64,000 nt of DNA, from positions 1,550,001 through 1,614,000 of the forward strand of contig NC_089434.1 in the NCBI RefSeq assembly GCF_026210795.1, in the 5' to 3' direction. Position 1 is the stretch's first letter; the number at the start of each line of letters is the position of its first letter. A program made the translations under genes and the position numbers. The stretch comes from Rhizophagus irregularis. Its lineage: Eukaryota. This document shows, in pieces, positions 28,832 through 39,566 of this stretch. The notes below the pieces were generated by a model. That model saw only the letters and a list, made by a program, of their open reading frames with translations. It did no database searches and had not been told where the DNA came from.

Positions 28832-29265
28832 TCATCCCCCGCAAAAATTTCAACTCCCGTTAAAATTCCAATGGATTCGGTTACCAGTTTCTGATATTCT
28901 TCATGGCTTAATTGCCGAATCATGGTTGACGTTGTTTGAGTAGTCCGTGTGATTTGGGCAACTCCAGGAAGCTCAAATATGTAATATGTTCGTATGGCTG
29001 AAGTCCGATAATGTATTGATAATTGCTGCACGTAATAACTCCGCAAAGTACCAGTCATTTCTTTTTCTAGAAAGTGACCCATATAGAACAAATTTGTCAA
29101 CAATAAGATTCTATTTCTGAAGCGTTTTGCTCGTTCGATTGCTTCCTTTAATATTTGAAACTTTTCTCCATGGTTAATATTATCATCAAATGGTGGAGGA
29201 TAAGGGACAACAACTGCCAGTTGGTTTTGATATAAGTCTGTATAGATAATTTGAAAAGCATCCAT
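28792..29265 (-). CDS. Extra 157-aa ORF downstream of the Gypsy integrase, unknown function
   Basis: ATG-initiated open frame in element orientation between IN and the 3' LTR, reading through the PPT into the LTR. Confidence 0.65.
   Translation of the reverse strand: MDAFQIIYTDLYQNQLAVVVPYPPPFDDNINHGEKFQILKEAIERAKRFRNRILLLTNLFYMGHFLEKEMTGTLRSYYVQQLSIHYRTSAIRTYYIFELPGVAQITRTTQTTSTMIRQLSHEEYQKLVTESIGILTGVEIFAGDDVTNDQSRDKNSA
28832..28842 (-). other. Polypurine tract
   Basis: GCGGGGGATGA on the minus strand immediately before the 3' LTR. Confidence 0.7.
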
Positions 29266-29473
29266 TTCCGAATGATTGTAATTTCAATAATAATAATAAT
29301 TAAATAAATAATAACAAAAAAAAAACTAATAAAACTAAAACTAAAATTCCCGAAATTTTCTTTACATATATATAAAAAAAAACATCTCTTTTTTTCATCT
29401 CCTATTCTATTGATCGTCAATATTTAGTAAAGATCATCACTTCCAATAATTACACTTCTCATTACATGAATAT

Positions 29474-30553
29474 TTATGGATCACCACCTGATCGTTGGTG
29501 ATACAGTTTCAAGCGTTCTGAATTGATGGGATCCTTCAAAATTTTCCCGTCTAAGGTTCGCAACTTATAGGCACCATTATTTATTGTTTCATGAACATAA
29601 TACGGCCCTTTCCAGCGTTCTCGCAATTTTTGTTTTTCTCGTAATTGACTTTGATAAAGGAGAACCAGGTCACCGATTTTAAACTGCACGTCATGAAGAG
29701 CATTATCGTGACGTTGTTTTTGTTTCTGTTGCGATTGGTATATTACATCCTGTGTTATAAGCCGATCTCCCACAATTTTTCCGGTCAACGTATGAATTAG
29801 GTTGAAAAGATCTTGTTGAATATCACTTTCAGGTAGATCTACTTGAGTAGTCCGAATAGCGAATTCAATCGGCAGTATAGCATCTCTTCCATACATTAAG
29901 TAAAACGGTTCGTGTCTAGTCGTGTTATGTCTTTTTGTTCTATAGGCAAACAACACAGACGATAAGTACACGTCCCAATCATCCTTGTTTTCATTGGCAT
30001 ACTTCGCCAATGCTTCGCATAACGTTCGATTGAATCTCTCTACCAACCCGTTAGTTTGAGGATGATAAGCTGTTGATAATCGATGCTTCACTCCAAGTTC
30101 TTGACAAAGTGAATCTAACATTTTATTTACAAAGTGGGTTCCTCGATCGGTAAGGATTTCCTTTGGGCATCCATGCCAGCATATTATGTCCTCGTAAAAA
30201 AAGGACACCACAGATGAAGCCTTTGCATTTGGCAAAGCTCGGGCTTCCGGCCATTTGGTCAAGTATTCCGTGGCGACCACTATATACATATTTCCTTTCT
30301 TTGTCCTTGGAAGTGGTCCAACAATATCCATACCGATTCTGTCAAAAGGCTGCCCCACTTTTATTGGATGTAATGGTTCGTTTCTCCAATTTTTGCCTCT
30401 TTTCTGACATTCATCGCAACTTTTGACATAAACACGAATGTCATTGAACATTTGGGGCCAATAGTATCGGATTTTTATTCTTCGATACGTTTCATCAATG
30501 GAGAAGTGCCCGGCCAATGGGTCCGAATGTGAGTGGTGTAATATGCTCTCAAC
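29474..30553 (-). pseudogene. Gypsy integrase, C-terminal part (HHCC, rve core, GPY/F)
   Basis: HSDPLAGH...CDEC zinc finger; GMDIVGP, TDRGTHF, NGLVERFN catalytic motifs; WKGPY; joins in frame with 55556..55750 when the insertion is removed (KESEVE|SILHHSH). Confidence 0.93.
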
Positions 30554-31039
30554 ATCGTCGAGCTGGTAGTGTAGTCACTACGTTCCTCCACCTCGGCCAC
30601 GGCCTCGCAGTACCTACATCCCCCTCCGTGGGGCAGGTTTACCTGCCACAGTACCATGGTCTGCCACGGTATTTTTCCACTTATTTTTTTTTCTACATTT
30701 TTTCTTATATATAACTTACTATGACAACTATGGCAACTATGGCAGACTACTTAAAAACGGAATAAAAACGCGAATAAAGCCGAAATCAAACAGAATCTCC
30801 TGCCATAGTACCTGCCATAGTACGAAAAATCTTATAATAATACTATGGCAGCCTTAGTCAGCCCCTCAGACCCCAAAATTCGATTCACGCTATGATTACC
30901 CTTTATATACTCACCTAGACCCTCCAAGTATGATTCCCTATGTCCTGAACTATGGCACCCGAACTATGGCACCCGAACTATGACCACTTACCCCCGTCAG
31001 AAAAAATATATTCGGCAATTGAAGATTAGGTAACTATAA
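30554..31039 (+). repeat. Left terminal inverted repeat
   Basis: Reverse complement of 55070..55555 with about 8 differences by my count; contains CTATGGCA repeats and 14-bp GAACTATGGCACCC tandem units. Confidence 0.95.
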
Positions 31040-31049
31040 GTAACATACA

Positions 31050-31564
31050 ATGATAAACTTACACGCCGCCACTTCTCTTGCCGAAGACCTCGGGCTTGAT
31101 CTTGTAGACATCTATGGAATCCGTAAATGGATCCAAATTCGGGCATCACCCTCAATGACCTGGACATAGTAGCAGAGATGGTCAGAAACCTTCCGGTTAA
31201 AGAATTCGGAAAACATCTCAAGATTAACAGACTCTGGTATAACTGTTGTAAAGCCGAGTTGTGGAAGCGGCATAAAGAAGCCGAAGAGGTATACAAACAG
31301 GCAGTAGACTACTACAAGGAAGCCATTGACAATTTCAATGAAGCCGATCAGAAAAAATACACCAGGTTTGCAGGGATGGTAGTAATAGAAAGAGCACTCC
31401 TCAGATGCAGCTTTATAACGCAAGAGTCCGACTGGGAGAAATGGACTCAAATAACGTACAACATCCAATTGCTTAAGGAAGGTCGCACTCCTGACGACTC
31501 GGATGATGAATCAGATGATGGAGAGGTATCTCTCGATGACTCAGATGATGAGGAATACTTTTAG
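31050..31564 (+). CDS. F-box-like protein with acidic tail (probable start 31050 with a 1-nt frameshift at ~31125; intact frame from 31127)
   Basis: LNDLDIVAEMVRNLPVKEFGKHLKINRLWYNCC resembles an F-box; D/E-rich C-terminus; promoter motif 23 nt upstream of ATG 31050. Confidence 0.55.
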
Positions 31565-31573
31565 AAGGCGGTA

Positions 31574-31894
31574 CTAATCCGTCTTCCTCTTTTTTGCCTC
31601 CTTAAGGCATTTATCAATACACTGCTTACACGTGTCATCAGAATCTAAGATTTTCTGCCCGAGTTTTTTGCATTGCCGATTGTACGCCGTCTGATGTCTT
31701 TTAGCCGCAGTTTCTTTTTTCTTCTCCTTGGTTTTCTTTTTGATAACCCAGTCTATCCCAGTAAAAGTATTCTTATGCATCCCACAAACTACACAGTCAC
31801 CATGTAAACGATAGCGGCCATTTGTGGTCATATCTTGTATTTCACTAGCAGTCTTGGTTTCCTTCTTACACTTTAGGCAGTAAAATTGTGTCAT
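31574..31894 (-). CDS. DUF5679-like zinc-ribbon protein (106 aa)
   Basis: MTQFYCLKCKKET...TTNGRYRLHGDCVVCGMHKNTF matches the YCxKC...NGR...GxCxxCG pattern. Confidence 0.75.
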   Translation of the reverse strand: MTQFYCLKCKKETKTASEIQDMTTNGRYRLHGDCVVCGMHKNTFTGIDWVIKKKTKEKKKETAAKRHQTAYNRQCKKLGQKILDSDDTCKQCIDKCLKEAKKRKTD

Positions 31895-31938
31895 CTTAAG
31901 ATTTGAAGTCTGAAATCTTTCCTTTAATTTGTCGTAAT

Positions 31939-33029
31939 ATGTCGCATTTAGAGAATTACTACAAATACTACAATCTCTCCAGAGTACCGGCACGAATTCT
32001 AAAAGGTGAGGAGCACTACAATCTATATAAAAAGCCCCTAAAGGAGAAGTCATCAGAGCGTCCACGAGTAGTTGTATGGAAACCAAATGCAACACATCAG
32101 GCAGATCTTGCAGAGATGCCAGTCGACCCCAAAGGATTCCACTATTTCCTCGTAGTGGTAGAAGTCGCGGGTAAACAAGTCGATGCAGAACCCTAAAGGA
32201 TAAGACTGCAAATAGGGTTCTAAACGGGTTTGTCAAAATCTACAGAAGAAATCGTATTAAGCCACCAACACACAGACTGGAGACAGACTCCGGATCAGAA
32301 TTCACTAACGACCAGGTACGTGATTTTTTCCTGAACAGCCTAGGGGTAATGATGAGGTTCGGCGAACCAGGAAGACACAAACAGCAATCATACGCTGAAC
32401 GAGCCATCCAAGCAATCCAGAAACCTCTCCTAAAACGAATGGTGGCACAGGAGTTGAAGACCGGGGTGACATCCGTGGAATGGTCAGAAGATTTCTGTGA
32501 TGTAGTTAATAAAATAGATGAAATCTGGCAGAGAAATCCCCCAGACATTCCGACAGGGTCACCCAAAGTGTCAAAAAAGACGGAACTTCTCTCTGAAGGA
32601 ACACATGTCCGAGTCAAGTTAGACGAACCTATTTCAGTACTCGGGAATAAACTCCATGGAAAATTTCGTACAGGTGACATAAGATGGAATCCCAATATCC
32701 GTGTCATCAAAAAAATGATCCTCTCACCTGAACAGCCTCCTACGTATCTTCTTGATGGACCACACGGGCGTCTAGGTGTATCCAGATGTGCGTACACCCG
32801 AAAAGAGTTGCAGATTGTTCCAGAAAATGAACATCCCCCACCTGACTCCGTGATAAGAGGGCAACCCGAAAGATTTGTACCTGAGCGGATACTCCGGCAT
32901 CGCATCAGGAAGGGTCAAGACCAGTATCTAGTCAAGTGGGAACGATACCCAGATACCGAAGCCACTTGGGAACCCGCTGACCGGTTGGAGGAGGATGTCC
33001 CTGCCTTAATCCGCAAGTTTTGGGAATAA
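31939..33029 (+). CDS. Polinton-type retroviral-like (rve) integrase with C-terminal chromodomain, one frameshift at ~32191
   Basis: HQADLAEM (D), ETDSGSEF (D), AERAIQ (E); chromodomain ERILRHR...YLVKWERYPDTEATWEP; adding one C to the CCC run restores AEPLKDKT, ~363 aa. Confidence 0.88.
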
Positions 33030-33043
33030 AAAATAAATATTCC

Positions 33044-35946
33044 CTATTTTTTGTCTCCTCGATTCACGTCAGAAACTATCGGGATAAAAACATTCTTCTC
33101 ATTACAAGTAAGGGCGATATGTTCACGTGATTCATGGACATCATAATTGTAACATTTCAGACACGTCTGGCTCAATCCAATCTCCCTATGCTTGTAATCG
33201 CTTAAAACTGCGAGATTCTCAGTGATTACACAATCAGGGTTAGTTTGATTGACACACCTTTTACCATGCCGAATGTCCTACCAGAACCCGGAGCGCCGGA
33301 TATGTTATGTGTAATACTCTTGTCGATATCCAACCCTAATTCTTCAGCGGCTTCCCTCTGAATAAAAGACGCGTTAGCACAAGTGTCTGCTAAACACTGA
33401 ATTGCTATCCCATTGACCTCCCCATCCAGCGCTAAAAGATCTTTAGTATTCTCCAAACGAGCTATGTCAATATCCATCGGGTCATCTTCCCTGATATCCT
33501 CTTCTTGTTTTTCCTCAACTAGGTCTTCTGGAATCTCCGTACTTTTACGAGCAGACTTTAATTCTTCCCGAAGAATCTCGCGGAGTAATTTTCTAAAATC
33601 TGCAGACCTTAATAAACTTAATGAATCATTTTTGGTGACGGCTTTTATAAGTGTGGGCTTACTACTAGTAACCTTCACAGGAATCTTAATAGGAGTCATT
33701 TTAACTGATTTTTTTGGAACAGATTTAAGAAGTTTCGAGATACTTACACCCTTATCCGAGTTTACTTTTTTTTTTTGTACTTCGAACTGCACAAATCCGA
33801 AAACCACCTTCCTCATCGGGAACAATTTTCAAGTCATCAAAACTCGCGGTATTAGTATCAATATCCATAGCATCATCATTAAGATCGAGGTTTCTCATTG
33901 CTCGGGCTAATTCCAGATCATCGCGTCTATCTTTAGCCTTCTGAAGTCTCTTTGGAAATCTTTTAGACGTCTCATATCCCATAATAAGATCAATAACATG
34001 TTGATCATCCTCACTAGTCCACTCAGGAGCATCAGGGTCACTAGGGTCATCACCAAAATCATGATCTACATAACCATCATCCCAATCAGGATCCTGATGA
34101 TCCTGAACAACGCGTGGCCGTGGCTTTGGCCGAACAGGTTTAATCTGTTGTCTATAGACCGGTGGTTTACGAACTGGCTTAGATGCTTGTAATTGTTTAA
34201 ATTGTGCCTGGAAATTCTTGGTAAGTTCCTCGGCTTGTGCCTTGAGCAATTCTTGTAATCGTTCTTGAGTAATAACGTCTGTCGACCTTTGTATTACAGC
34301 ACCTTCGTGTGGAGTCACGGGATGAGTATAGCCAGCCAATTCCTCTTTTTTAGCCTTTTCAATACCCTGACGCCTTTGTAATCCATAGAACATTTCACCC
34401 TTTCATCGCTCAAGATCACTCAATCTATCGATTAATATATTAAGAGGTGCCGCCCCGATTCTGGAAGCTTCAATAACGTTTTCCGGCAAAAGTCCTCTAT
34501 AGAACTGGTCAGTAACCATAATTCGATTATATCCTACAATATCCCCAGCCCTCTCAACTCGCTTATAGTAAGATCGAACAGGTTCACCTTGTTCCTGGTA
34601 AAGGTTACTAAATCGTATTTGAAGTCTTTCTTCCACGACGGTTGGAAAATTTGTACGCATATACATAAATGCTTGATCCAGGAGAATCCCCTGTAAGACT
34701 ATTGGTTGATTCTGGACAGCAGCATTAAATGGACCTCCATGATTTCCCAACCCATTAACGGGTTGATGAGTAGGACGTCCGCCCGCACGCCTCCACTGCT
34801 CTTCAACTTTAAAATTCGTTCTAACGATATCAGCGCGTGATGGGAAAAATGTTTCTCCAACGGTTCTCGCCGCATTAGCTAAAATCCTTGAATATGCATC
34901 AACATCAGACCCGGGTAAGTAAGTACCAACATGTAATCCATTAGCAACCTCAGGAACAGCTAAAGCTCTGAACGCTCGGCGAGTAGCACCGGCTCCACCA
35001 TTTGCAGTAGCCACTAACCGAATATTCGAGAGTTCCCAATTTTTTCCAGTAAGTTCTGCATCAAACCACCTCGCCGCTTCATCTCTCATACAGCTACGAA
35101 GAACCCCCATCGCTCGCACCCGACCCAGAGGTGCACCGGCATCGTCCAACGGATCAATACCAACGGTATTAATATACCCTAAAAAGTTATCAATAAAAAG
35201 ATTAAGATCTTCATCTTCCCGACCATGAAATATAGGGGCAGCTATACCAATGGCAGCCATATCGTATTTTGTGGATGGTTGAGAGGAGGTGGAGGAAGGT
35301 TCAATTGTCTGATCCGAAACCATTGTACTTGGATACGCAGAGCGGCTATTTGTTGGAAAAGTCGATTCCTAAGACGTCCCAATGTCCGAATTCCAAAAAG
35401 AACCCGATTATTGGCATATACAAGCCGATTTCGTGCCGCATCACGCTCGCCTATAGCTCTATTACGTTCACCTATAGCTCTATTACGTTCTCCTCTCATA
35501 AGATTATATTGCTGCTGAAGACGATGATTAGTCGTCCGCATACCACCAAACTCACGTTCCAATTCAGCCAAATTAGCTTCTAAACTAGTAATAGTATCTT
35601 GTACGTTATTTAGCTCATCTTGTGTAAGACCTAACAAACCCGTTTGAACCTCGAGTTCATCTTGTAATTCATCACGTTTTTTTCGAGATCGATCACGTTC
35701 CGCTTTTAATATATCGCGTTCTTCGTATGTTTCTCTACAGCGATGAATTAATAAATTAAGAGCATGTTTAAGACGATGGTTTGCATTTTGTACATCTTGA
35801 TTAACAACCATGCGATCACTGACAGTTAAAAAATCTGTTAGATCCTTAATTACCGCAACTAATGGTATATTATTCATATCACGCAAATCCCTAGGAGGCG
35901 GTCCAGTAGGCTCTGAAGGAGTATAAATTGCAATTGGTGTCGACAT
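33044..35946 (-). CDS. Coiled-coil + retrotransposon Gag-like capsid + retropepsin-like protease polyprotein (no RT/RH), 4 interruptions
   Basis: APIFHGREDEDLNLFIDNF...CMRDEAARWF and LYQEQGEPVRSYYKRVERAG...DQFYRGL (Gag CA motifs); MDID motifs; LDGEVNGIAIQCLADTCANASFIQREAAEELGL (protease); frame changes at ~35270, 33766-33776 and ~33238, in-frame TGA at 34403; ends ...FIPIVSDVNRGDKK*. Confidence 0.8.
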
Positions 35947-36523
35947 CGTATTTAAACTAAGATAGAATAAAATTCAAATGGATCTTTATGTATACAATTT
36001 GGACGAGTACACGACCGACTCGAGACAGGGTAATGAGTTTGCCCCATCATGGCCTTTCCGTCTTGCCGTAGCAGGAAGTTCTGACTCGGGTAAGACAACT
36101 ATGATTATTAATTTGTTAATGGGAGACAAGAAGGCAAAGGAGGATGGCGAAAGGTACATATTATGTGATGCGGTAATTCTAGTTGGCAGATACCTTGATG
36201 AACCGAAATGGGCAGTCGTACGTGATTTTTTCAAAGAAGAAGAAATTCCGTTTACCGCAGTATCCCATAGTGAGATTCCAAATGTTAAGGACTTCAACTC
36301 CACCCAGGCTACTGTGGTAATCTTCGAGGATTTGATGGATGCGCCTAAAAAAACCCAGGATCTCATCACTGGATTTTTTACACACGGGCGTCACAAAAAT
36401 ATCTCGTGTATCTATGTGGCCCAAAGATTCTTTACCATTCCTAAGGCTATTCGTGAAAATGTGAATTATATTTCCCTACATGGAGGTCACGGAAGTTTGA
36501 CCGATACTAAGAGGATCATCCGC

Positions 36524-37835
36524 TGTAGCCATAGATACTGGAGTAATCGCATAATATGGAGGAATAATATGGAATAAAAGATCAAACGATAGAAAGTCAC
36601 ATGATGGGATAAAATTAACCGGAAAGGATAAACTTTTAGGAGAAGGAATGATCTACATGATGTAATGTTTATTAAATGATTAACGGAGAACCAATAGATC
36701 AAGTGGGGGAGTTGATCGATGTGGCTTAGCAACCAGTTTATCAAGTTCAACAATAGGAACAATTAGGAGGAGTAATCATAAGCCACAAATGATAAATCAT
36801 ATAAAAAGGAAGGATAGCGAATTAAAGGAACAAAAAAAAATAGGAACATGTAAAATATTGATGAACTGCAGCCGCAGTAGAAGAATAGCTGACGAGACGC
36901 AGTAGAAAAGATAGCACAGCCACAAAAGATGGATCTTTACAATATAATATTTGAAAGATTATTTTATTTTAAAGAAAAGATAGCACAGCCACAAAAGATG
37001 GATCTTTACGATATAATATTTGAAAGATTACTTTATTTTAAAGAAAAGATAGCACAGCCACAAAAGATGGATCTTTACGATATAATATTTGAAAGATTAT
37101 TTTATTTTAAAGAAAAGATAGCACGGCCACAAAAGATGGATTATATCTTTACAACATAATATGCGAAAGATTATTTTAAAGAAAAGATAGCATATTAAAA
37201 TAGTATAACATATTAGAAAAGATAACATATAAAATAGCATATAAGATAGCGCATAAAAGATAACATATAAAATATTAGAAAGAAATAAGAAGTAGGAAAA
37301 GAAAGAATAAGAAAGTTGGTTTAAATAGGAGCGGAATGGGAAGTGAATTCCACAGTCGTCAGATACGATGTAAAACTTTAAGTAAATTAGTTAATTGTGA
37401 ATTTTATGAAGAATAAATAAAATACCCTTTATATGAAAATTAATTGTTCCGATTGTTTTTGTTACTATTTTCTTATGATGAAAAAGTAATTTTGTTTAAT
37501 TAATTGTTAGTAAAGCATAATGTTATTTTAAAGGTAATAGGTTCGCCCTAAACTTTACTGTAATGTTCGCTTAATTAATTTTAATTGGACAAATTCATGG
37601 TGAATTTAATGTCATAACAAGAATTATGAAATGAATAAAATATAAACTTTTGTAAAGAGAACTATCGTATTTTGAAAGAAGATAATGGATGAAATATCGT
37701 GGCGAGAGCTATCGCAATTTGAAAGTTAAGTAGTAATAAAACTAAACCAAGCAAGAATATTAATGTTTCGTGGAGAACGAATATACATTAAAGCAGGGAA
37801 GTTTGTTTACCGCCGGGTGGCAGACGGGGGTGACA
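36524..37835 (-). mobile_element. Probable solo LTR (1312 bp) of another LTR retrotransposon
   Basis: TGT...ACA termini; 4-bp TSD CCGC (36520-36523, 37836-37839); AT-rich and noncoding; no TIR beyond 3 bp. Confidence 0.8.
36905..37190. repeat. 69-bp tandem repeat (~4 copies, last degenerate) inside the solo LTR
   Basis: Unit AGAAAAGATAGCACAGCCACAAAAGATGGATCTTTAC...TTTAA. Confidence 0.9.
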
Positions 37836-38530
37836 CCGCCAGTATACAGAAGAATCGGAGTCACTAGCTCCAGTAATCGATGACTTTACTCTACAACGCG
37901 AATTTATAGTATTTGATCTTAGAAGATCTAAGAGCGATCCGTTATCTATTCGGGTTAGATGGGATACTAGTCTCAGTTCGATCACCGATCAATCTCAGTT
38001 CGATCCTAGTTCGATCTCAGTTCAATTCCCGTTCGATCCGAGTTTGAACCCAGTTCAATCGAAGTTCAATCCGAGTTTGAACCCAGTTCGATCGAAGTTT
38101 AGTTCCTATGGCCAGAAAGCCGTAGCTGAAGCAAAAAAGTCCTCCCAGCTAATCGAGTTTGCTCGGGAATATCCGTCGCCTAAAGAGAGAAAACACCTTC
38201 TCGTATCTGGTGTTATAGCTAAGAACGCAGATACCTGGATTAAGTACGTCTTTCGGGAAGCCTACGGACTATCTGGTAAGACCTTGGGATCAGACTTCCA
38301 AAACTTCTTAGCGAAAGTACGGGATAGGACCACGAAGACTGAAATTCCAAAACCTGAGACCGTAAAGGAGTTATTCTCCCGATATGAAGTCCTGAAGTCT
38401 AGTCACCCTTTGGATAATAAAAAATTAATAGAAGGCATCGGGGTCCTTTTACAGATCTTTTCTAAGGGTCATATGGACCGTTGAGCATTACGAGTAGGGA
38501 TCAATAGTATTTTGTAAGAATCTGGCTGCT

Positions 38531-38983
38531 TTAGCAACCCATCTCGTGAAGTTCTTCCACAGAAGCCCTAAGAATCATGGCGCTTTTTTTACGTCCTTCG
38601 AAGTCAATCCGTAGCATCCTAGCTTTTAACCCAATAGCTCCTAAGGCTCGAGAAGCAAAGTTCTTAGTCATCGGATTTCTTACATGACTTACATAGTTTT
38701 CATAGAATGTAGTAAAGGGTTCGTCAATACCATCCGGGTATGTATTCCGTAAGAACTGATATAAGGCAATTTCCCCACTGTCACATCCAATGGCTATAAG
38801 CTGTTCAAGAAGCCACTTCCTAGTATCCTCGTATGAATCTCCGTCCATAATTTTCATATCCAGTCTTTGTGTGAATAATTGCGTAAAATCCGCATTACTT
38901 GCCCGACGGATAATCTGGACCAACTTATCCCTGGCAAGTCCCAAGGCTTGTAAAGGTTCACTCTCGTCGCCAATCTTCTTTAT
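38531..38983 (-). CDS. Hypothetical protein of the Polinton-like element, start uncertain
   Basis: ~150-codon open frame converging tightly on the ATPase; C-terminal half loosely resembles a winged helix. Confidence 0.5.
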   Translation of the reverse strand: MKKIGDESEPLQALGLARDKLVQIIRRASNADFTQLFTQRLDMKIMDGDSYEDTRKWLLEQLIAIGCDSGEIALYQFLRNTYPDGIDEPFTTFYENYVSHVRNPMTKNFASRALGAIGLKARMLRIDFEGRKKSAMILRASVEELHEMGC

Positions 38984-39046
38984 AATCTATCTATACAACA
39001 CGCTGGATAATCCTCTATATGCCACTTTTGCAGAGAATACTCCACA

Positions 39047-39566
39047 AGGACCCAGAAATATATATACAGGGGTAGGGTACACAGATGCGTCGCCATCATA
39101 GTGGAATTAGACGGAGTAAAGTTTTGATTTGCGTACAATTTTAGAATTTTTCATCTATAGTTAGGTCATCAAGATTGCGTATTTTTTATCAAATTTTTTA
39201 TATGTAAAAAATTAGTTTGCGTATTTTTGACCTAAATTTGGCTAATCTTATATATATAATATATTTGCTGTACGTACTTATTTAATTAACCGAATTGTAA
39301 GAAATTTCTAAGGGTTAAAAAGTGAAATTTTAGAAAATATTATTAAAAAAATGGTAAATTCTATTTTTCACATTAGTATTTATAATATAGAAGCCATGAT
39401 AAAATAATTAATAACTTAATGTCTGAAATTTTATTTGCGTATTTTTGCAGGATTTTCAATATCAGGTGTCAATTATGCGTACTACTCATATAAAAAGTCT
39501 CTGCGTACAGCTCATAGTAAAAAATTTTTTCGCCACCTGACCCCTATATATATATTTCTGGGTCCT
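39047..39566. mobile_element. MITE (520 bp), superfamily uncertain
   Basis: 27-bp TIR AGGACCCAGAAATATATATAYAGGGGT; 8-bp TSD ACTCCACA (39039-39046, 39567-39574). Confidence 0.9.

Larger units (their letters stand above)
35978..38484 (+). pseudogene. A32/FtsK-HerA-like DNA packaging ATPase, split by a solo LTR (35978..36523 + 37840..38484)
   Basis: Walker A AGSSDSGKTT, Walker B VVIFEDL, GRHKNISCIYVAQ, PKAIREN; removing 36524..37839 restores RIIRQYTEES... in frame to 38484 (396 aa). Confidence 0.9.

Noticed and set aside
28668..28943. 91-aa ORF (and its 64-aa copy at 60397)
   Set aside because: Low-complexity ATATTTG repeats within the LTR; TTG start
30475..30714. Short ORFs at the element ends (also 55252-55687)
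   Set aside because: Read through GC-rich TIR sequence and the insertion junction; no protein features
32240..32905. 221-aa minus-strand ORF and similar antisense ORFs over Gag, ATPase, LINE and pol
   Set aside because: Overlap well-supported genes on the opposite strand and have no motifs
33044..35946. Gag-PR as a fourth nested LTR retrotransposon remnant
   Set aside because: No LTR, PBS, PPT, TSD or RT remains; 14-nt and 31-nt gaps to intact neighbouring genes; disfavoured but not excluded without other copies
36905..37190. CRISPR-like or coding repeat (76-aa ORF MDLYNIIF..., whose first 11 nt match the ATPase start)
   Set aside because: Contiguous 69-bp units with no unique spacers, inside a solo LTR; the 11-nt match is probably chance
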